Source: Candidatus Aceula meridiana (GTDB taxonomy: Bacteria > Omnitrophota > Gorgyraeia > Zapsychrales > Aceulaceae). Taken from it: a stretch of 64,000 bases of DNA. Numbering within the stretch: position 1 is the stretch's first letter; each line of letters begins with the position of its first letter. The notes beneath the pieces were generated by a model that saw only the letters and a list, made by a program, of their open reading frames with translations, made no database searches and was not told the DNA's origin. Location: positions 187,538-251,537 of the forward strand of contig JAVCDE010000024.1 in the NCBI GenBank assembly GCA_030765185.1, in the 5' to 3' direction. A program made the translations under genes and the position numbers. Of the stretch, positions 51,701 to 61,728 are shown in pieces.

Positions 51701-52348
51701 AACTACAGGATTATCCGGTGAAAGCGCACGCGCTCTATGGGCAAGAACCAAATCATCAGAAATCATTTGCTTAATATCATCTTCTGCGACTTGGTCAATT
51801 TTAGCAATTTCGTGTGAACTTCTAAACCCATCAAAAAAATGAACAAACGGTATACGTGACTCAAGGCTTGCCGCATGAGAAATTAATGCAAGGTCCATGA
51901 CTTCCTGGATAGAGCCAGATGAAAGAAGTGCAAATCCTGTTCCACGAGTTGCCATAACGTCAGAGTGATCGCCAAAAATCGAAAGAGCATGCGTTGCCAC
52001 AGATCGAGCTGCAACATGAAAAACAGTCGAAGTCAACTCACCTGCAATTTTGAACATGTTCGGAATCATTAAAAGCAAGCCTTGTGATGCGGTAAACGTT
52101 GTTGTAAGTGCTCCGCGTTGCAGTGCACCATGAACAGCGCCAGCAGCTCCACCTTCAGACTGCAATTCACTTACCAATGGCGTTGTGTCCCAAATATTTT
52201 TTTGCCCTTTAGCGGCCCAATCATCAGCCCACTCACCCATACCGGATGATGGGGTAATTGGATAAATTGCCACAACCTCGCTGCACTTAAACGCGACATG
52301 CGCTGCTGCTTCGTTTCCATCGATCATGATTTGCTTCTTACTCATCAT
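48788..52348 (-). CDS. nifJ: Pyruvate:ferredoxin (flavodoxin) oxidoreductase, single-chain PFOR
   Basis: 1186 aa. Two 4Fe-4S ferredoxin motifs (CIQCGKCSVVCP, CTGCGLCVTACP) and a TPP-binding C-terminal domain GDGW. Confidence 0.9.
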   Translation of the reverse strand: MMSKKQIMIDGNEAAAHVAFKCSEVVAIYPITPSSGMGEWADDWAAKGQKNIWDTTPLVSELQSEGGAAGAVHGALQRGALTTTFTASQGLLLMIPNMFKIAGELTSTVFHVAARSVATHALSIFGDHSDVMATRGTGFALLSSGSIQEVMDLALISHAASLESRIPFVHFFDGFRSSHEIAKIDQVAEDDIKQMISDDLVLAHRARALSPDNPVVRGTAQNPDVFFQARETVNPYYNKCAGIVEKAMQKFEKITGRKYELFQYFGAKDAERVIVLMGSGVETAQETIEYLTSQGEKVGVMKVRLYRPFSIKHLVDALPATTKTIGVLDRTKEPGASEPLYLDVIDALVEGGAAKFKTLPKVIGGRYGLSSKEFTPAMIKGLLDEMTKDAPKNHFTLGINDDVTKTSLEYDPNFSTENPKGVRAVFYGLGSDGTVGANKNSIKIIGENTPNYAQGYFVYDSKKAGAMTVSHLRFGPEPIHSPYLISRANFLGCHQFVFVEKYNILKHIDQEGVFLLNSYYGKDEVWDNLPKPVQQQIIDKKIKFYAIDAYKVAEEAGMGGRINTIMQTCFFAISGVLPKEQAIEEIKKAIKKAYGKKGEEVVQMNFNAVDKAIENMNQIEYPDKVTSTIDMPPAVSAQAPEFVQNVTAKIMQACGDDLPVSVFPIDGTFPTATTQWEKRNIALQIPVWEKDICIQCGKCSVVCPHAVIRAKVYDPKGLEGAPETFKHIPAKDKDLAGNEFTLQVAPEDCTGCGLCVTACPAKSKENPELKAINMHSQPPLREKEVKNWEFFCKIPRIDRSKIKTNVRGAQFLEPLFEFSGACAGCGETPYVRLVSQLFGDRMVVANATGCSSIYGGNLPTTPWSKNAQGKGPAWSNSLFEDNAEFGLGFRLAIDKQKQYACELVKKLEGKIGGDLTKAIIEANQIEEPDIFEQRERVETLKEKIKDDKSPEAIQLMSVADTLVKKSVWIMGGDGWAYDIGYGGLDHVLASGFDVNFLVLDTEVYSNTGGQMSKATPRGAIAKFAAAGKPAPKKDLARMIMSYGNVYVANVAIGARDEHTVKALLEAEHYPGPSLVIAYSHCIAHGIDMGCGLQYQKDAVNCGYWPLFRFNPLLKDEGKNPLIMDSQAPKMTFEEYALKENRFRSLMKADPERAKMLFGLAQQDVDERWAIYQAMASEAFTPKQKEG

Positions 52349-52491
52349 ATACCTCTTTCTTGTTAAAATTTACAAATTACAATAAACAAATTACAAAAAA
52401 TATTCAAATCTCAAATTACAAAACTACTCTTAATTGTTGTCTACTATTTATTGGGGCTTGTTTGTCATTCGTCTATTGCTTATTGTGTATT

Positions 52492-54123
52492 CTATAATTT
52501 TGGTCCACCCTTGACGGCCATTTCTTTACCTTTTTCATTTGTCTCAAACGCTTTAAAATTCTCAGCAAACATGATAGCTAATTTCTTAAGCGTCTCATCA
52601 TAAGCATCTTTGTCTTTCCAGGCATTGCATGGATTTAAAACCTTCGCATCTACACCAGGTAAAGATTTTGGAATTTGAAAATCAAAAGTTGAAAAAACTT
52701 CAAATTCAGCATCTTCGATGCTGTCATCTAAAATAGCATCGATAATAGATCGCGTAGCATTAATATCCATACGTTTTCCAATACCATACTTTCCGCCGAC
52801 CCATCCGGTGTTAACTAAATATGCCTTTGCTCCATGATCTGTCATTTTTTGACCTAAGATTTCACCGTACTTCGTAGGATGCAGCAACAAAAACGCCTGG
52901 CCGAAACCGGATGAAAATGTTGCAATAGGTTCCTTAATCCCAAGTTCAGTCCCGGCAACTTTCGCAGTATATCCGCTTAAAAATTGATACATGGCCTGAT
53001 CTTTTGTCAGCTTCGCCACAGGAGGTAAAACACCATAAGCATCACATGTTAAAAAAATAATTTTCTTAGGATGCTTGCCAATAGGATTTGGTTTAACAAT
53101 TTTATCAATGTGATGAATCGGATAAGAAACACGGGTATTTTGCGTCTTTTCAATTGATGTAAAATCTACATCCCCCTTGTCATTAATAACAACGTTTTCT
53201 AAAAGCGCGTCTCGCCTAATTGCATCATGAATTTCTGGCTCTTTCTCTTTAGAAAGATTAATGCATTTAGCATAGCAGCCGCCTTCAAAATTAAAAATCC
53301 CGTGATTGTCGCACCATCCATGCTCATCGTCACCGATAAGATATCTTTTAGGATCTGCTGAAAGGGTTGTTTTTCCTGTTCCGGATAGTCCAAAGAAAAG
53401 CGCGGTATCTCCCTCACCTTCTTTTTCTGCTGAGGCATTCGCTGAGCAGTGAAACGAACCGATTCCTTCCAAAGGAAGATAATAATTCATGATTGAAAAA
53501 ACCCCTTTTTTGATTTCTCCGCCATACCAGCTCCCTAAAATCGCAGCTGTTTTTTCGCCAAGGTTAAAAGCCGCACAAACTTCAGTGCGCATGCCATGGG
53601 CCTCAAAATCTTTAAACGTGGCTTTGCAAGCGTTCAAAATAGTAAAATCCGGCTTGAAATTCTTAAGCTCATCTTCAGTCGGACGGATAAACATATTCTT
53701 AACAAAATGTGCCATCCAGGCAACTTCGGTTACAAGCCTTACGCAAATACGGGTTTCTTCAAATGGCCCACAATACCCATCCATAACATAAAGCTTTTTG
53801 CCGCTTAATTGCTCAGCGGCAGCTTGCTTAACAAACTTCCATGTTTCTAGCTTCATGCGCCTGTTATCCGAACCATTGTCACCGTCTTTCCACCAGACAT
53901 GATCTTTTGAAGTTGACTCTTCAACGATATATTTATCTTTTGGAGACCGGCCTGTAAAACGTCCAGTATCGACAGATACAGCGCCTAAGTTGGTTAGCAC
54001 GCCTTTATCAAACCCTTCTAGAGAGGGGTCCATTTCATGCTGAAACAGTTCCTCATAGGAAAGATTATGAAAGATTTCTTTAATATCTCTTATTCCGTGT
54101 TGCTCTAATATCTTATTATCCAT
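52492..54123 (-). CDS. pckA: Phosphoenolpyruvate carboxykinase (ATP)
   Basis: [13 protein letters not shown] kinase-1a and LIGDDEHGW motifs. Confidence 0.9.
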   Translation of the reverse strand: MDNKILEQHGIRDIKEIFHNLSYEELFQHEMDPSLEGFDKGVLTNLGAVSVDTGRFTGRSPKDKYIVEESTSKDHVWWKDGDNGSDNRRMKLETWKFVKQAAAEQLSGKKLYVMDGYCGPFEETRICVRLVTEVAWMAHFVKNMFIRPTEDELKNFKPDFTILNACKATFKDFEAHGMRTEVCAAFNLGEKTAAILGSWYGGEIKKGVFSIMNYYLPLEGIGSFHCSANASAEKEGEGDTALFFGLSGTGKTTLSADPKRYLIGDDEHGWCDNHGIFNFEGGCYAKCINLSKEKEPEIHDAIRRDALLENVVINDKGDVDFTSIEKTQNTRVSYPIHHIDKIVKPNPIGKHPKKIIFLTCDAYGVLPPVAKLTKDQAMYQFLSGYTAKVAGTELGIKEPIATFSSGFGQAFLLLHPTKYGEILGQKMTDHGAKAYLVNTGWVGGKYGIGKRMDINATRSIIDAILDDSIEDAEFEVFSTFDFQIPKSLPGVDAKVLNPCNAWKDKDAYDETLKKLAIMFAENFKAFETNEKGKEMAVKGGPKL

Positions 54124-54245
54124 ATTTATTATTAATCTCCTTTTTCTTTAATATTTAGACTTAGATTAATATATAAAATAATCTCGAAAGTTGCAAAAAT
54201 TATACCACGATTGAAATAAATTGGAAGGATAAAATGTAGCTTATT

Positions 54246-54935
54246 TTAAGCCTTAGTTTCAATCCCTACGCTATAAAGGGCAGCTAGCTGTTCAAATTCA
54301 TCTGCTGTATAATCCGGCTTATCTAAAAGGCTACTATCTAAAATACCGCTTTGATAGCTAAACTTTTGCAAGTCATAACGTTTTGCCCCTTTAATAATTT
54401 CTAGCAAATTCTTTATATCTTCGCTCGAAAGAAACGCTTTACACACCGTTGTGCGGAAATGATAATCTAATCCGGAGGTCATGATTAAATTTATGCTTTT
54501 CAGAATATTTTTTTTATCAACTGCAATACCAGCGGATTCATCATATTTCTTCAAAGGCGCCTTGACATCCATGGCAATATAATCAATAAGCTTTTTATCA
54601 ACAAACTCTTTAACTGCATCCGGATTGTTGCCGTTAGTATCAAGCTTAACAAGAAATCCTAATTCCTTGATTTTAGATAAGAAAACGCCAAGGTCTTTTT
54701 GGATGGTCGGTTCCCCACCGGTTACGACCACTCCTTGCAATTGACCTTGGCGCGTTTTAAGAAAATCGAGAACAGCTTCCTCGCCTATGGCATCAGAAAA
54801 CTTTTCCGATAGCACTAAATTAACATTTTGACAAAAAGGGCATCTAAAATCACAGCCTTGCGTAAAAACAACAGCTGCGACTTTTCCCGGATAATCAATC
54901 AGGGAAAATTTTTGAAGTCCGCCTATCCGCAACAT
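54246..54935 (-). CDS. nrdG: Anaerobic ribonucleoside-triphosphate reductase activating protein (radical SAM)
   Basis: GCDFRCPFCQN CxxxCxxC cluster motif. Overlaps nrdD by 13 nt. Confidence 0.85.
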   Translation of the reverse strand: MLRIGGLQKFSLIDYPGKVAAVVFTQGCDFRCPFCQNVNLVLSEKFSDAIGEEAVLDFLKTRQGQLQGVVVTGGEPTIQKDLGVFLSKIKELGFLVKLDTNGNNPDAVKEFVDKKLIDYIAMDVKAPLKKYDESAGIAVDKKNILKSINLIMTSGLDYHFRTTVCKAFLSSEDIKNLLEIIKGAKRYDLQKFSYQSGILDSSLLDKPDYTADEFEQLAALYSVGIETKA

Positions 54936-57049
54936 TCTGGTTTTTGAATGCGATAAGTCTTTCTTTGACTAAACTCTTCTTTTTTACCCTTATTCCACTG
55001 CTGAACCGGGCGCAGATAGCCGACAACGCGAGAATAGACCTCACAGTCAGTCTGGCATTTTGGACACGTGGCATGCTCTCCAGCGATATATCCACAGTTT
55101 GAGCAAACACTAAATGTCGGCGTTACTGTAAAATACGGAAGCTTATATTTATGACACACGGTCTTAATAAGATTCTTCAAGGCTTTGGTATCATCAATCT
55201 TTTCCCCAACAAAACCATGTAAAACCGTACCTCCCGTATAACGAGCCTGAAGATCATCTTGCTTATCTAAAACCTCAAAGATGTCATCTGAGTAACCTAC
55301 CGGCAAATGTGTTGAATTTGTATAATAAGGCTCACGTCCTTCTTTGACGCATTCCTCGTTGGCGCAGACAATATCAGGGAAAGCATCCTTGTCTATGCGG
55401 GCCAAGCGATAAGAAACTCCTTCAGCCGGTGTGGCTTCTAGATTATAATTGTTTCCGGTTTCTTCCTGAAATTTTATCATCTTATCGCGCATGTAGTCTA
55501 AAACAAAACTAGCAAATGCACGTCCTCTCTCTGAAGCAATATCTTCCCCAAAAAGGTTTAGGCATGCCTCATTCATTCCCACCAGCCCGATGGTTGAAAA
55601 ATGATTCTTCCAGTATTCACCGAAACGCTCTTTAACACTGCGTAAATAAAAACTGATATATGGGTAAAGATTGCCATCAGTAAATTTTTCTAAAATTTTA
55701 CGTTTAATTTCAAGGCTTTCCTTAGCTAAAATCATCAATTCGTCTAAGCCTTTGAAGAATGTTGCCACATCCGAAGACGTATATCCTAAGCGCGGCATAT
55801 TAATGGTAACAACGCCAATAGAACCGGTTAAAGGTGACGATCCAAAAAGCCCTCCCCCACGCTTTCGAAGCTCGCGGTTATCTATCCTTAAACGACAGCA
55901 CATACTGCGAGCATCATCTGGACTCATATCAGAATTAACAAAATTAGCAAAATAAGGAATACCATATTTGGCTGTAACTTCCCAAAGTTTATCAAAATTA
56001 GGATTATCCCAATCAAAATCTTTATCAATGTTGTAAGTAGGAATTGGAAATGTAAATACACGCCCCTTGGCATCACCCTCAATAAGAACTTCCAAGAAAG
56101 CTTTATTGAACATGTCGATCTCTTCTTGAAAATCCTTATATGTCTCCGGCTTTAATTCCCCACCAACAAGAACATTTTGATCTAACATGTGCTTTGGCGG
56201 ATGCAAATCGCAAGTAACGTTAGTAAATGGTGTCTGAAAACCAACGCGTGTTGGAACATTGACGTTAAAAACAAATTCTTGAAGAACCTGCTTTACATCT
56301 TTATAGGAAAGCTTATCGTAACGGATAAACGGCGCCAAAAGGGTATCAAAGTTTGAAAATGCCTGAGCCCCAGAAGCCTCGCCCTGTAGAGTATAAAAGA
56401 AATTAACAAGTTGACCTAAAGCACTGCGAAGATGCTTGGCTGGTTTTGACTCCATCTTGCCAACAGCGCCCTGAAAACCAACGGCTAGCAAGTCATGAAG
56501 ATCCCAACCAACACAATAAACGCTTAATAGTCCTAAGTCATGAACATGTAAATCACCAACTGTATGAGCATCCTTGACCTCAGGCGGATAAATCTTGTTA
56601 AGCCAATAAACCTTGCTGATCTCAGATGATACGTAGTTGTTAAGCCCCTGCAAAGAAAAAGCCATGTTGGAATTCTCATTAACCTTCCAATCTGCGCGGC
56701 TTAAATATTGTTCAACGAGATTAACATTGCTTGTGGAGCTTATTTCGCGAATTTTATGATGCTGGTCGCGATAAATAATGTAGGCTTTAGCTGCCTTCTT
56801 ATAAGGAGAAGAGATTAGAACCTCTTCAACAATATCCTGAACCTCTTCAACGGTTGGAGAACGATCAGTGCCAACAATTTGCTGGGCAATATTAACAACG
56901 CGAAGCATAAGCTTTTCTGCAGCAGCGCGGTTAAATTCGCCTGTAGCTTCCCCGGCCTTTTCAAGGGCACGGGTAATTTTTGCGGCATCAAAATGCTCCT
57001 CGGCACCGTTTCTTTTAACAATTTTTGTCAGGACATCGGTGATCTGCAT
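54923..57049 (-). CDS. nrdD: Anaerobic ribonucleoside-triphosphate reductase
   Basis: ATP-cone N-terminus, glycyl-radical domain and C-terminal Zn ribbon CSNCGY...CPKC. Start set at MQITDV (57049, preceded by GGGGGGA) rather than the longer track start. Confidence 0.9.
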   Translation of the reverse strand: MQITDVLTKIVKRNGAEEHFDAAKITRALEKAGEATGEFNRAAAEKLMLRVVNIAQQIVGTDRSPTVEEVQDIVEEVLISSPYKKAAKAYIIYRDQHHKIREISSTSNVNLVEQYLSRADWKVNENSNMAFSLQGLNNYVSSEISKVYWLNKIYPPEVKDAHTVGDLHVHDLGLLSVYCVGWDLHDLLAVGFQGAVGKMESKPAKHLRSALGQLVNFFYTLQGEASGAQAFSNFDTLLAPFIRYDKLSYKDVKQVLQEFVFNVNVPTRVGFQTPFTNVTCDLHPPKHMLDQNVLVGGELKPETYKDFQEEIDMFNKAFLEVLIEGDAKGRVFTFPIPTYNIDKDFDWDNPNFDKLWEVTAKYGIPYFANFVNSDMSPDDARSMCCRLRIDNRELRKRGGGLFGSSPLTGSIGVVTINMPRLGYTSSDVATFFKGLDELMILAKESLEIKRKILEKFTDGNLYPYISFYLRSVKERFGEYWKNHFSTIGLVGMNEACLNLFGEDIASERGRAFASFVLDYMRDKMIKFQEETGNNYNLEATPAEGVSYRLARIDKDAFPDIVCANEECVKEGREPYYTNSTHLPVGYSDDIFEVLDKQDDLQARYTGGTVLHGFVGEKIDDTKALKNLIKTVCHKYKLPYFTVTPTFSVCSNCGYIAGEHATCPKCQTDCEVYSRVVGYLRPVQQWNKGKKEEFSQRKTYRIQKPECCG

Positions 57050-57205
57050 CGGGTAAATCCCCCCTTCTTTGAGAAAATAATTTAGATGAATGGAATAAAA
57101 TAACAAGTCTTCAAAATCCTAAATACATCATAGACCACTATATATTGTGTGTCAATAGCTTTTTTTTACAATATATAGTGTTAGTGGACAGACCTACAGA
57201 AAGAG

Positions 57206-57985
57206 CTACTTTCGGAATTGGCCATGACGAGAGGTTGTTTTTTTCTCGTCAAAAGGATGGTATTGTTTTTGTTCGAGATCGTAAACAGAAACAACATACA
57301 GACCATCAAAGGCTTTTTTAATATCATTTAAATCGCCTCTTGTCAAAGGTTTTGTTCCGCAAGGACGAAGCGGGGTGTTCAATTGGACTTCATCTGGGCT
57401 GATCTTACGGGCCAAATTAGCAATTTCCTCCACTTTATTTTTGTTTTCCTCCAGGAGCATTATCTGCAAAGCAAATTTTCCCTTAAAATCCTTTTTAAAA
57501 ATATGCATCGCATCAACAAGCTGATCAAAAACAAGTGCGTCAGAAGGCTGATTCACATTTTGAAATATTTTTTCATCACTTGCATCAAGCTTGGCTAAAA
57601 CAAAATCGGCAAGACTTAAATCTTGCTGTACATCAAGGCGGGTCATCAAAGAAGAATTGGTAATGACAGCGATCTTTTCTTGACGGAGAAGACGAACTTC
57701 CTTTATCATCTCGCCTAAATTTTTTGCCAAAGTTGGCTCCCCTCTTCCGGAAAAAGTAACATGATCGATTTTAACTTCAGGCAATTCTTTTATTTCATTA
57801 ATAATATTTTGGGTAGGGACAAAGACTTTACGCTCGTTTGTGTGCTGCTGTGTTTTTCCTAGCTGACAATAAGTACAGTCAAAATTACAAATCTTCTCGT
57901 CACAAGAAATCGGATCAACGCCTAAGGACATTCCTAAGCGCCAAGAATAAACGGGACCATAAATATATTGATACTGACAGGACAT
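57206..57985 (-). CDS. Radical SAM protein of unassigned subfamily (N-terminal CNFDCTYC cluster)
   Basis: CxxxCxxC at residues ~33-40 and a GRGEPTL SAM-binding motif. 259 aa, no SPASM domain. Confidence 0.65.
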   Translation of the reverse strand: MSCQYQYIYGPVYSWRLGMSLGVDPISCDEKICNFDCTYCQLGKTQQHTNERKVFVPTQNIINEIKELPEVKIDHVTFSGRGEPTLAKNLGEMIKEVRLLRQEKIAVITNSSLMTRLDVQQDLSLADFVLAKLDASDEKIFQNVNQPSDALVFDQLVDAMHIFKKDFKGKFALQIMLLEENKNKVEEIANLARKISPDEVQLNTPLRPCGTKPLTRGDLNDIKKAFDGLYVVSVYDLEQKQYHPFDEKKTTSRHGQFRK

Positions 57986-58015
57986 ATAAAGGAAAGTTAA
58001 AAAGAAATAAAGAAA

Positions 58016-58408
58016 TTACTTTTTTAAAAGCTCTTTGATTTTGCCTAAAAGCTCATCTCGTTCAAAAGGTTTAGCAATTGTTTCATACCAATCTTCATCG
58101 ATGTTAATTTTTAAAGACCCATGGCGTTCTTCTTCAGGCTTGACCATCGCGGTGATAAACAAAACCGGCGTTGTTTTAAATTCAGGATAATTTCTCAATA
58201 CTTTGATTGCATCTGCGCCGCCCATATCCGGCAAAAGGACATCCATCAAAATAAGATCCGGGGCGACCTCTTTAGCCTTATCAATACTCTCTTTCGCTGT
58301 TTTCGCCGTTACAACTTCATAGCCGCCTTCCAAAACATCTTTTTCAAGAACTTTAAGAATATCCGGTTCATCGTCAACTATTAAAATCGTTGCCATCATC
58401 GCCCCCAT
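58016..58408 (-). CDS. Stand-alone response-regulator receiver domain protein
   Basis: ILIVDDEPDI...LILMDVLLPDMGG...K motifs. Confidence 0.7.
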   Translation of the reverse strand: MGAMMATILIVDDEPDILKVLEKDVLEGGYEVVTAKTAKESIDKAKEVAPDLILMDVLLPDMGGADAIKVLRNYPEFKTTPVLFITAMVKPEEERHGSLKINIDEDWYETIAKPFERDELLGKIKELLKK

Positions 58409-58480
58409 TGTAAAATGATTATTGTGTTAGCTCTATTTTATCGTACGACGAAAAAACCACAAATAAATACTTATAAATCT

Positions 58481-58903
58481 CTATTTTGAAAGGGCAATGT
58501 TTAAAACATCATGGCGGCCTAGGACACCAACAAGCTTTTCGCCATCATAAACAGGCAGGGTATGAACATTCTTGCGATGCATAATGGCAATAGCTTTAAC
58601 AACCTTATCATTTTTTTGAAGCGCAACGACCTTGCGACTAGCATACTTGCTGACAGGATCATCACCAATTTTGCCTAGTTCGTCAATGCGGTGAATACCT
58701 TTTTCAACTCCCTCTGCCATCAACCGCAAAAGATCAGTTGTTGTAAAAATACCAGCGAGTTTATTCTCATCGGTATCAGAAACAACTAAAATTCCATTAA
58801 TTTGATAACGAAAAAGTAAGTGAGCGACATTGCCAACCGAGGTACTTTCTTTAACCTTAATCGGATGGTCGCACATGATGTCTTCTAGAGAAATGTTCAA
58901 CAT
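58481..58903 (-). CDS. CBS-domain pair protein
   Basis: Two CBS motifs in a 140-aa protein. Confidence 0.7.
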   Translation of the reverse strand: MLNISLEDIMCDHPIKVKESTSVGNVAHLLFRYQINGILVVSDTDENKLAGIFTTTDLLRLMAEGVEKGIHRIDELGKIGDDPVSKYASRKVVALQKNDKVVKAIAIMHRKNVHTLPVYDGEKLVGVLGRHDVLNIALSK

Positions 58904-58912
58904 ATTCTTACA

Positions 58913-59437
58913 TTATCCTCCAGCAATCTCGCCGTTAGGTTGAAAAACTGGCAATGCCCTTGCTCCCAATTCTTTATCCATCATTAAAATACCGGCAGGC
59001 TGATTCACAACATATTTTAATTTTCCTAAAATATCAGATGGATTCTTTTCCTCTTCTACCTGTTCTGTAACAAACCACTCTAGAAATATCAGCGATGCAT
59101 TGTCATTAATTTCCTTGGCTAAAGTATAAAGATCGTTGATGCTTGCTGTGACAAACTTTTCATGTTCTAAGGTCTTTTTAAAAACATCTTCAGGTGAAAC
59201 ATATTTTGCCGGCGGCTTATCAATAGCCTCTAAGATAACTGTGCCCCCTCTTTCATTGATATAATTAAAAAATTTCATCGCATGAGAGATTTCTTCTGCA
59301 GCCTGAATTTTCATCCATTGAGCAAACCCACCTAAATTTTCTGCCTCAAAATAAGCCACCATCCCAAGATAAAGATACGAAGAATACAACTCCTTCGTAA
59401 TCTGCTCGTTCATGGCTTTTTCCATCTTTTTATCCAT
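58913..59437 (-). CDS. Ferritin (non-haem, Ftn-like)
   Basis: Ferroxidase-centre residues spaced as in Ftn: E...EExH...E. Confidence 0.7.
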   Translation of the reverse strand: MDKKMEKAMNEQITKELYSSYLYLGMVAYFEAENLGGFAQWMKIQAAEEISHAMKFFNYINERGGTVILEAIDKPPAKYVSPEDVFKKTLEHEKFVTASINDLYTLAKEINDNASLIFLEWFVTEQVEEEKNPSDILGKLKYVVNQPAGILMMDKELGARALPVFQPNGEIAGG

Positions 59438-59463
59438 AAGGTTTTCCCTTTCTCGTTCTAAAA

Positions 59464-59856
59464 TTATTCAACAACTAACGGCTTTGCATTTTCCCAAAGC
59501 CCATGAATATTGCAATAAGATGTTGCTAAAATCGTTCCCGATTTTTCTGTCTTCAGACTAACAACAGCCTGCGGAACGGTATAAATCGTAGACGTGTTCG
59601 GCCCTTGTGCTGATGCGCCATGTGAAGAAAATTCAAACTTTCCAACTTCTAAAGCAAACTTCTCACCATCCGGTAAAAAATAAACAACAATAGAACTAAT
59701 ATGATGCTCAGTAGTGTTCGGGTGAGCGATTTCTTTTCCAACGCCGACGGTGATAGCAACGACTTCGCCTTTTTTGACCTTTTCCGAGGCGTCAATCGAA
59801 GGCACATGTTTTTCAGCCTTCCAGTCCCCGCTTTGATAAAGCTCTTTAATGCTCAT
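59464..59856 (-). CDS. sor: Superoxide reductase (1Fe-SOR, neelaredoxin type)
   Basis: EKHVP motif and CNIHGLW Cys/His ligands near the C-terminus. Confidence 0.8.
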   Translation of the reverse strand: MSIKELYQSGDWKAEKHVPSIDASEKVKKGEVVAITVGVGKEIAHPNTTEHHISSIVVYFLPDGEKFALEVGKFEFSSHGASAQGPNTSTIYTVPQAVVSLKTEKSGTILATSYCNIHGLWENAKPLVVE

Positions 59857-59951
59857 AAGTATTTCCTCCGTAAAAAAAATAGTATACTCTATTTTTAGAA
59901 AAATTTGGACATTTTTTTAGAGCGCCTTAAAGGCGCCCTAAACCATTTTTA

Positions 59952-60491
59952 TTAGCTAAGACTCAAATCAGCTGGCTCATAATATTCTTTTGGATGCTTA
60001 CAAGACGGACAAACATTAATTGGCTCGACTCCTTCGTGGATATATCCACATTTGCTGCATTTCCACTTAATTGATTTTTCTCTCTTAAAGACTGTCCCAT
60101 CTTCAACCATCTTTAAAAGTTTTTTGTATCTCTCCTCATGTCTTTTTTCAACTTTAGCAACTTGTTCAAAAAAACGAGCTGCATCATCGAAGCCTTCTTC
60201 TTTAGCAATTTTAGCAAAATCAGGATACATCGAAACAGTTTCATAATGCTCACCGCCGATGGCTTCTTGTAAATTGGCAACGGTATCACCGATACCATTT
60301 AAAAGTTTAAACTCATCTTTGGCATGCTGCATTTCATTAATAGCAGTCTCCTCAAAAATACTGCCGATATAGTGATAACCTTGTTTACGGGCGATTTTAG
60401 CAAAGTAGGTATATTTGTTTCTTGCTTGAGATTCACCTGCAAAGGCAGCCTTCAAGTTCTCTTCCGTTTTTGTTCCTTTTAACTCTAACAT
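59952..60491 (-). CDS. rbr: Rubrerythrin
   Basis: Di-iron four-helix bundle (ExxH x2) plus C-terminal rubredoxin-like CSKCGY...CPSC. Confidence 0.85.
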   Translation of the reverse strand: MLELKGTKTEENLKAAFAGESQARNKYTYFAKIARKQGYHYIGSIFEETAINEMQHAKDEFKLLNGIGDTVANLQEAIGGEHYETVSMYPDFAKIAKEEGFDDAARFFEQVAKVEKRHEERYKKLLKMVEDGTVFKREKSIKWKCSKCGYIHEGVEPINVCPSCKHPKEYYEPADLSLS

Positions 60492-60613
60492 TTTCTCCTC
60501 CTTAAATGAGCGCCTGGCTTACGAAACCATTAGGTAACGTCAAGTCAGCCGCACGAATTTATCCTTTTTTGGCTGCGGCCTAGCAGCCGAAAAAGAACTT
60601 CTCTATTTTTTTA

Positions 60614-61321
60614 TTAATACCCTATGAAGTTTTCCGTCTTCACCTTATTCATATCGCAGCCGAGCCCTTGACAAATCGTCCTCATGGCCTCAACCATCTT
60701 AGGCGGCCCGGAAATAAAAAAAATACGGTCCTTAAAGTCCGGGATCTGGCTTGAAACCAAATCTGCGGTAATCACTCCTTTAAAATAATCTTTATTTTGA
60801 GGATTTTCCTCTACAATCGTATAAATTACCCGAATATTCTCCTTTTCTCGCCAAAGATCAAACTCGCCTTTAAAAGGAATATCATTCTCTTGTAGATTAG
60901 AATAAACAACCGCTGCATCCACAGGAAGATTGTTATAAACAATGTGTTCTAACATCGAAGTGACAGGCGTAATGCCGATGCCGCCAATTAAAAATGCAAT
61001 TTTCTCAAATGCCTTGTCAAATACACAGGTCCCCATTGGGCCTTTTAAAAGGACTTCGTCTTCTTTTTTTAAATCTAAAAGTTTTTTACAAAAGTCGCTG
61101 TCACTTTTACGCTTGGTTAATTCAATGAAACCCTTCCCTGGCCTGCAGGAAAATGACAGATACTTATTAAGGCTCTTGTTGGTGCGATTCCCTTGGTCAA
61201 AAATAACCTGCAAAAATTGACCTGCGCAAAAATCAACAGGCTCTTTAGGTAAAAAACGAAAACTGCTTACAGTCTCAGTCCTATCGATGCGGTCCAAAAA
61301 TGTCGCTCTGATTTCTTTCAT
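60614..61321 (-). CDS. FAD/NAD(P)-binding ferredoxin-reductase-type oxidoreductase (FNR-like)
   Basis: RFLPKEPVDFCAGQF FAD-binding beta-barrel motif and GGIGITP NAD-binding motif. Confidence 0.65.
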   Translation of the reverse strand: MKEIRATFLDRIDRTETVSSFRFLPKEPVDFCAGQFLQVIFDQGNRTNKSLNKYLSFSCRPGKGFIELTKRKSDSDFCKKLLDLKKEDEVLLKGPMGTCVFDKAFEKIAFLIGGIGITPVTSMLEHIVYNNLPVDAAVVYSNLQENDIPFKGEFDLWREKENIRVIYTIVEENPQNKDYFKGVITADLVSSQIPDFKDRIFFISGPPKMVEAMRTICQGLGCDMNKVKTENFIGY

Positions 61322-61728
61322 TTAGCGTCCTTTTGGCAATCACGGCAAATACCGTAAAAATATCCTTGAAAATCTTCTATCGAATGTCCCTCAACGGCAC
61401 AATTTTTTAAGACGTTGCAAACAGGCATTTCAACATCAAGAATCTTTTTACACTTTCTGCACAAAAAATGATGGTGAATCCCTTCTTTAAGCTCGTACAA
61501 AGATTTATCAAAATCAATCTTAATCTCGGAAATAATATCATTAATTTTAAAATTTTCTAAAATGGAATATACCGTCCCTAAAGAAATCGCAGGAACTTTT
61601 TTACGAGCCTTCTGATAAACCTCATCAGCGCTCAAATGCCCTTTACCGTTAAAAGCCATGTATACGCTTAAACGCTGTGGCGTTACCTTAATGTTTTTTT
61701 CTCGTAAGATTTGACTAGTCTCGTTCAT
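61318..61728 (-). CDS. perR: Fur-family transcriptional regulator, probably a peroxide sensor (PerR-like) given its context
   Basis: Winged-helix N-terminus (VTPQRLSVY) and HHHFxCxxC...CxxC metal sites. Confidence 0.7.
   Translation of the reverse strand: MNETSQILREKNIKVTPQRLSVYMAFNGKGHLSADEVYQKARKKVPAISLGTVYSILENFKINDIISEIKIDFDKSLYELKEGIHHHFLCRKCKKILDVEMPVCNVLKNCAVEGHSIEDFQGYFYGICRDCQKDAK

Noticed and set aside
57206-57985. Radical SAM gene as the AmmeMemoRadiSam partner of the Memo-AMMECR1 fusion
   Set aside because: It is 16 kb away, only 259 aa long, and its Cys motif is at the extreme N-terminus. These features are not typical of that subfamily, so it is left as an unassigned radical SAM.
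60540-60600. Hairpin GGCTGC-ggccta-GCAGCC downstream of the FNR-like gene, as a possible terminator
   Set aside because: The stem is short and there is no U-tract on the transcribed (minus) side. I left it uncalled.
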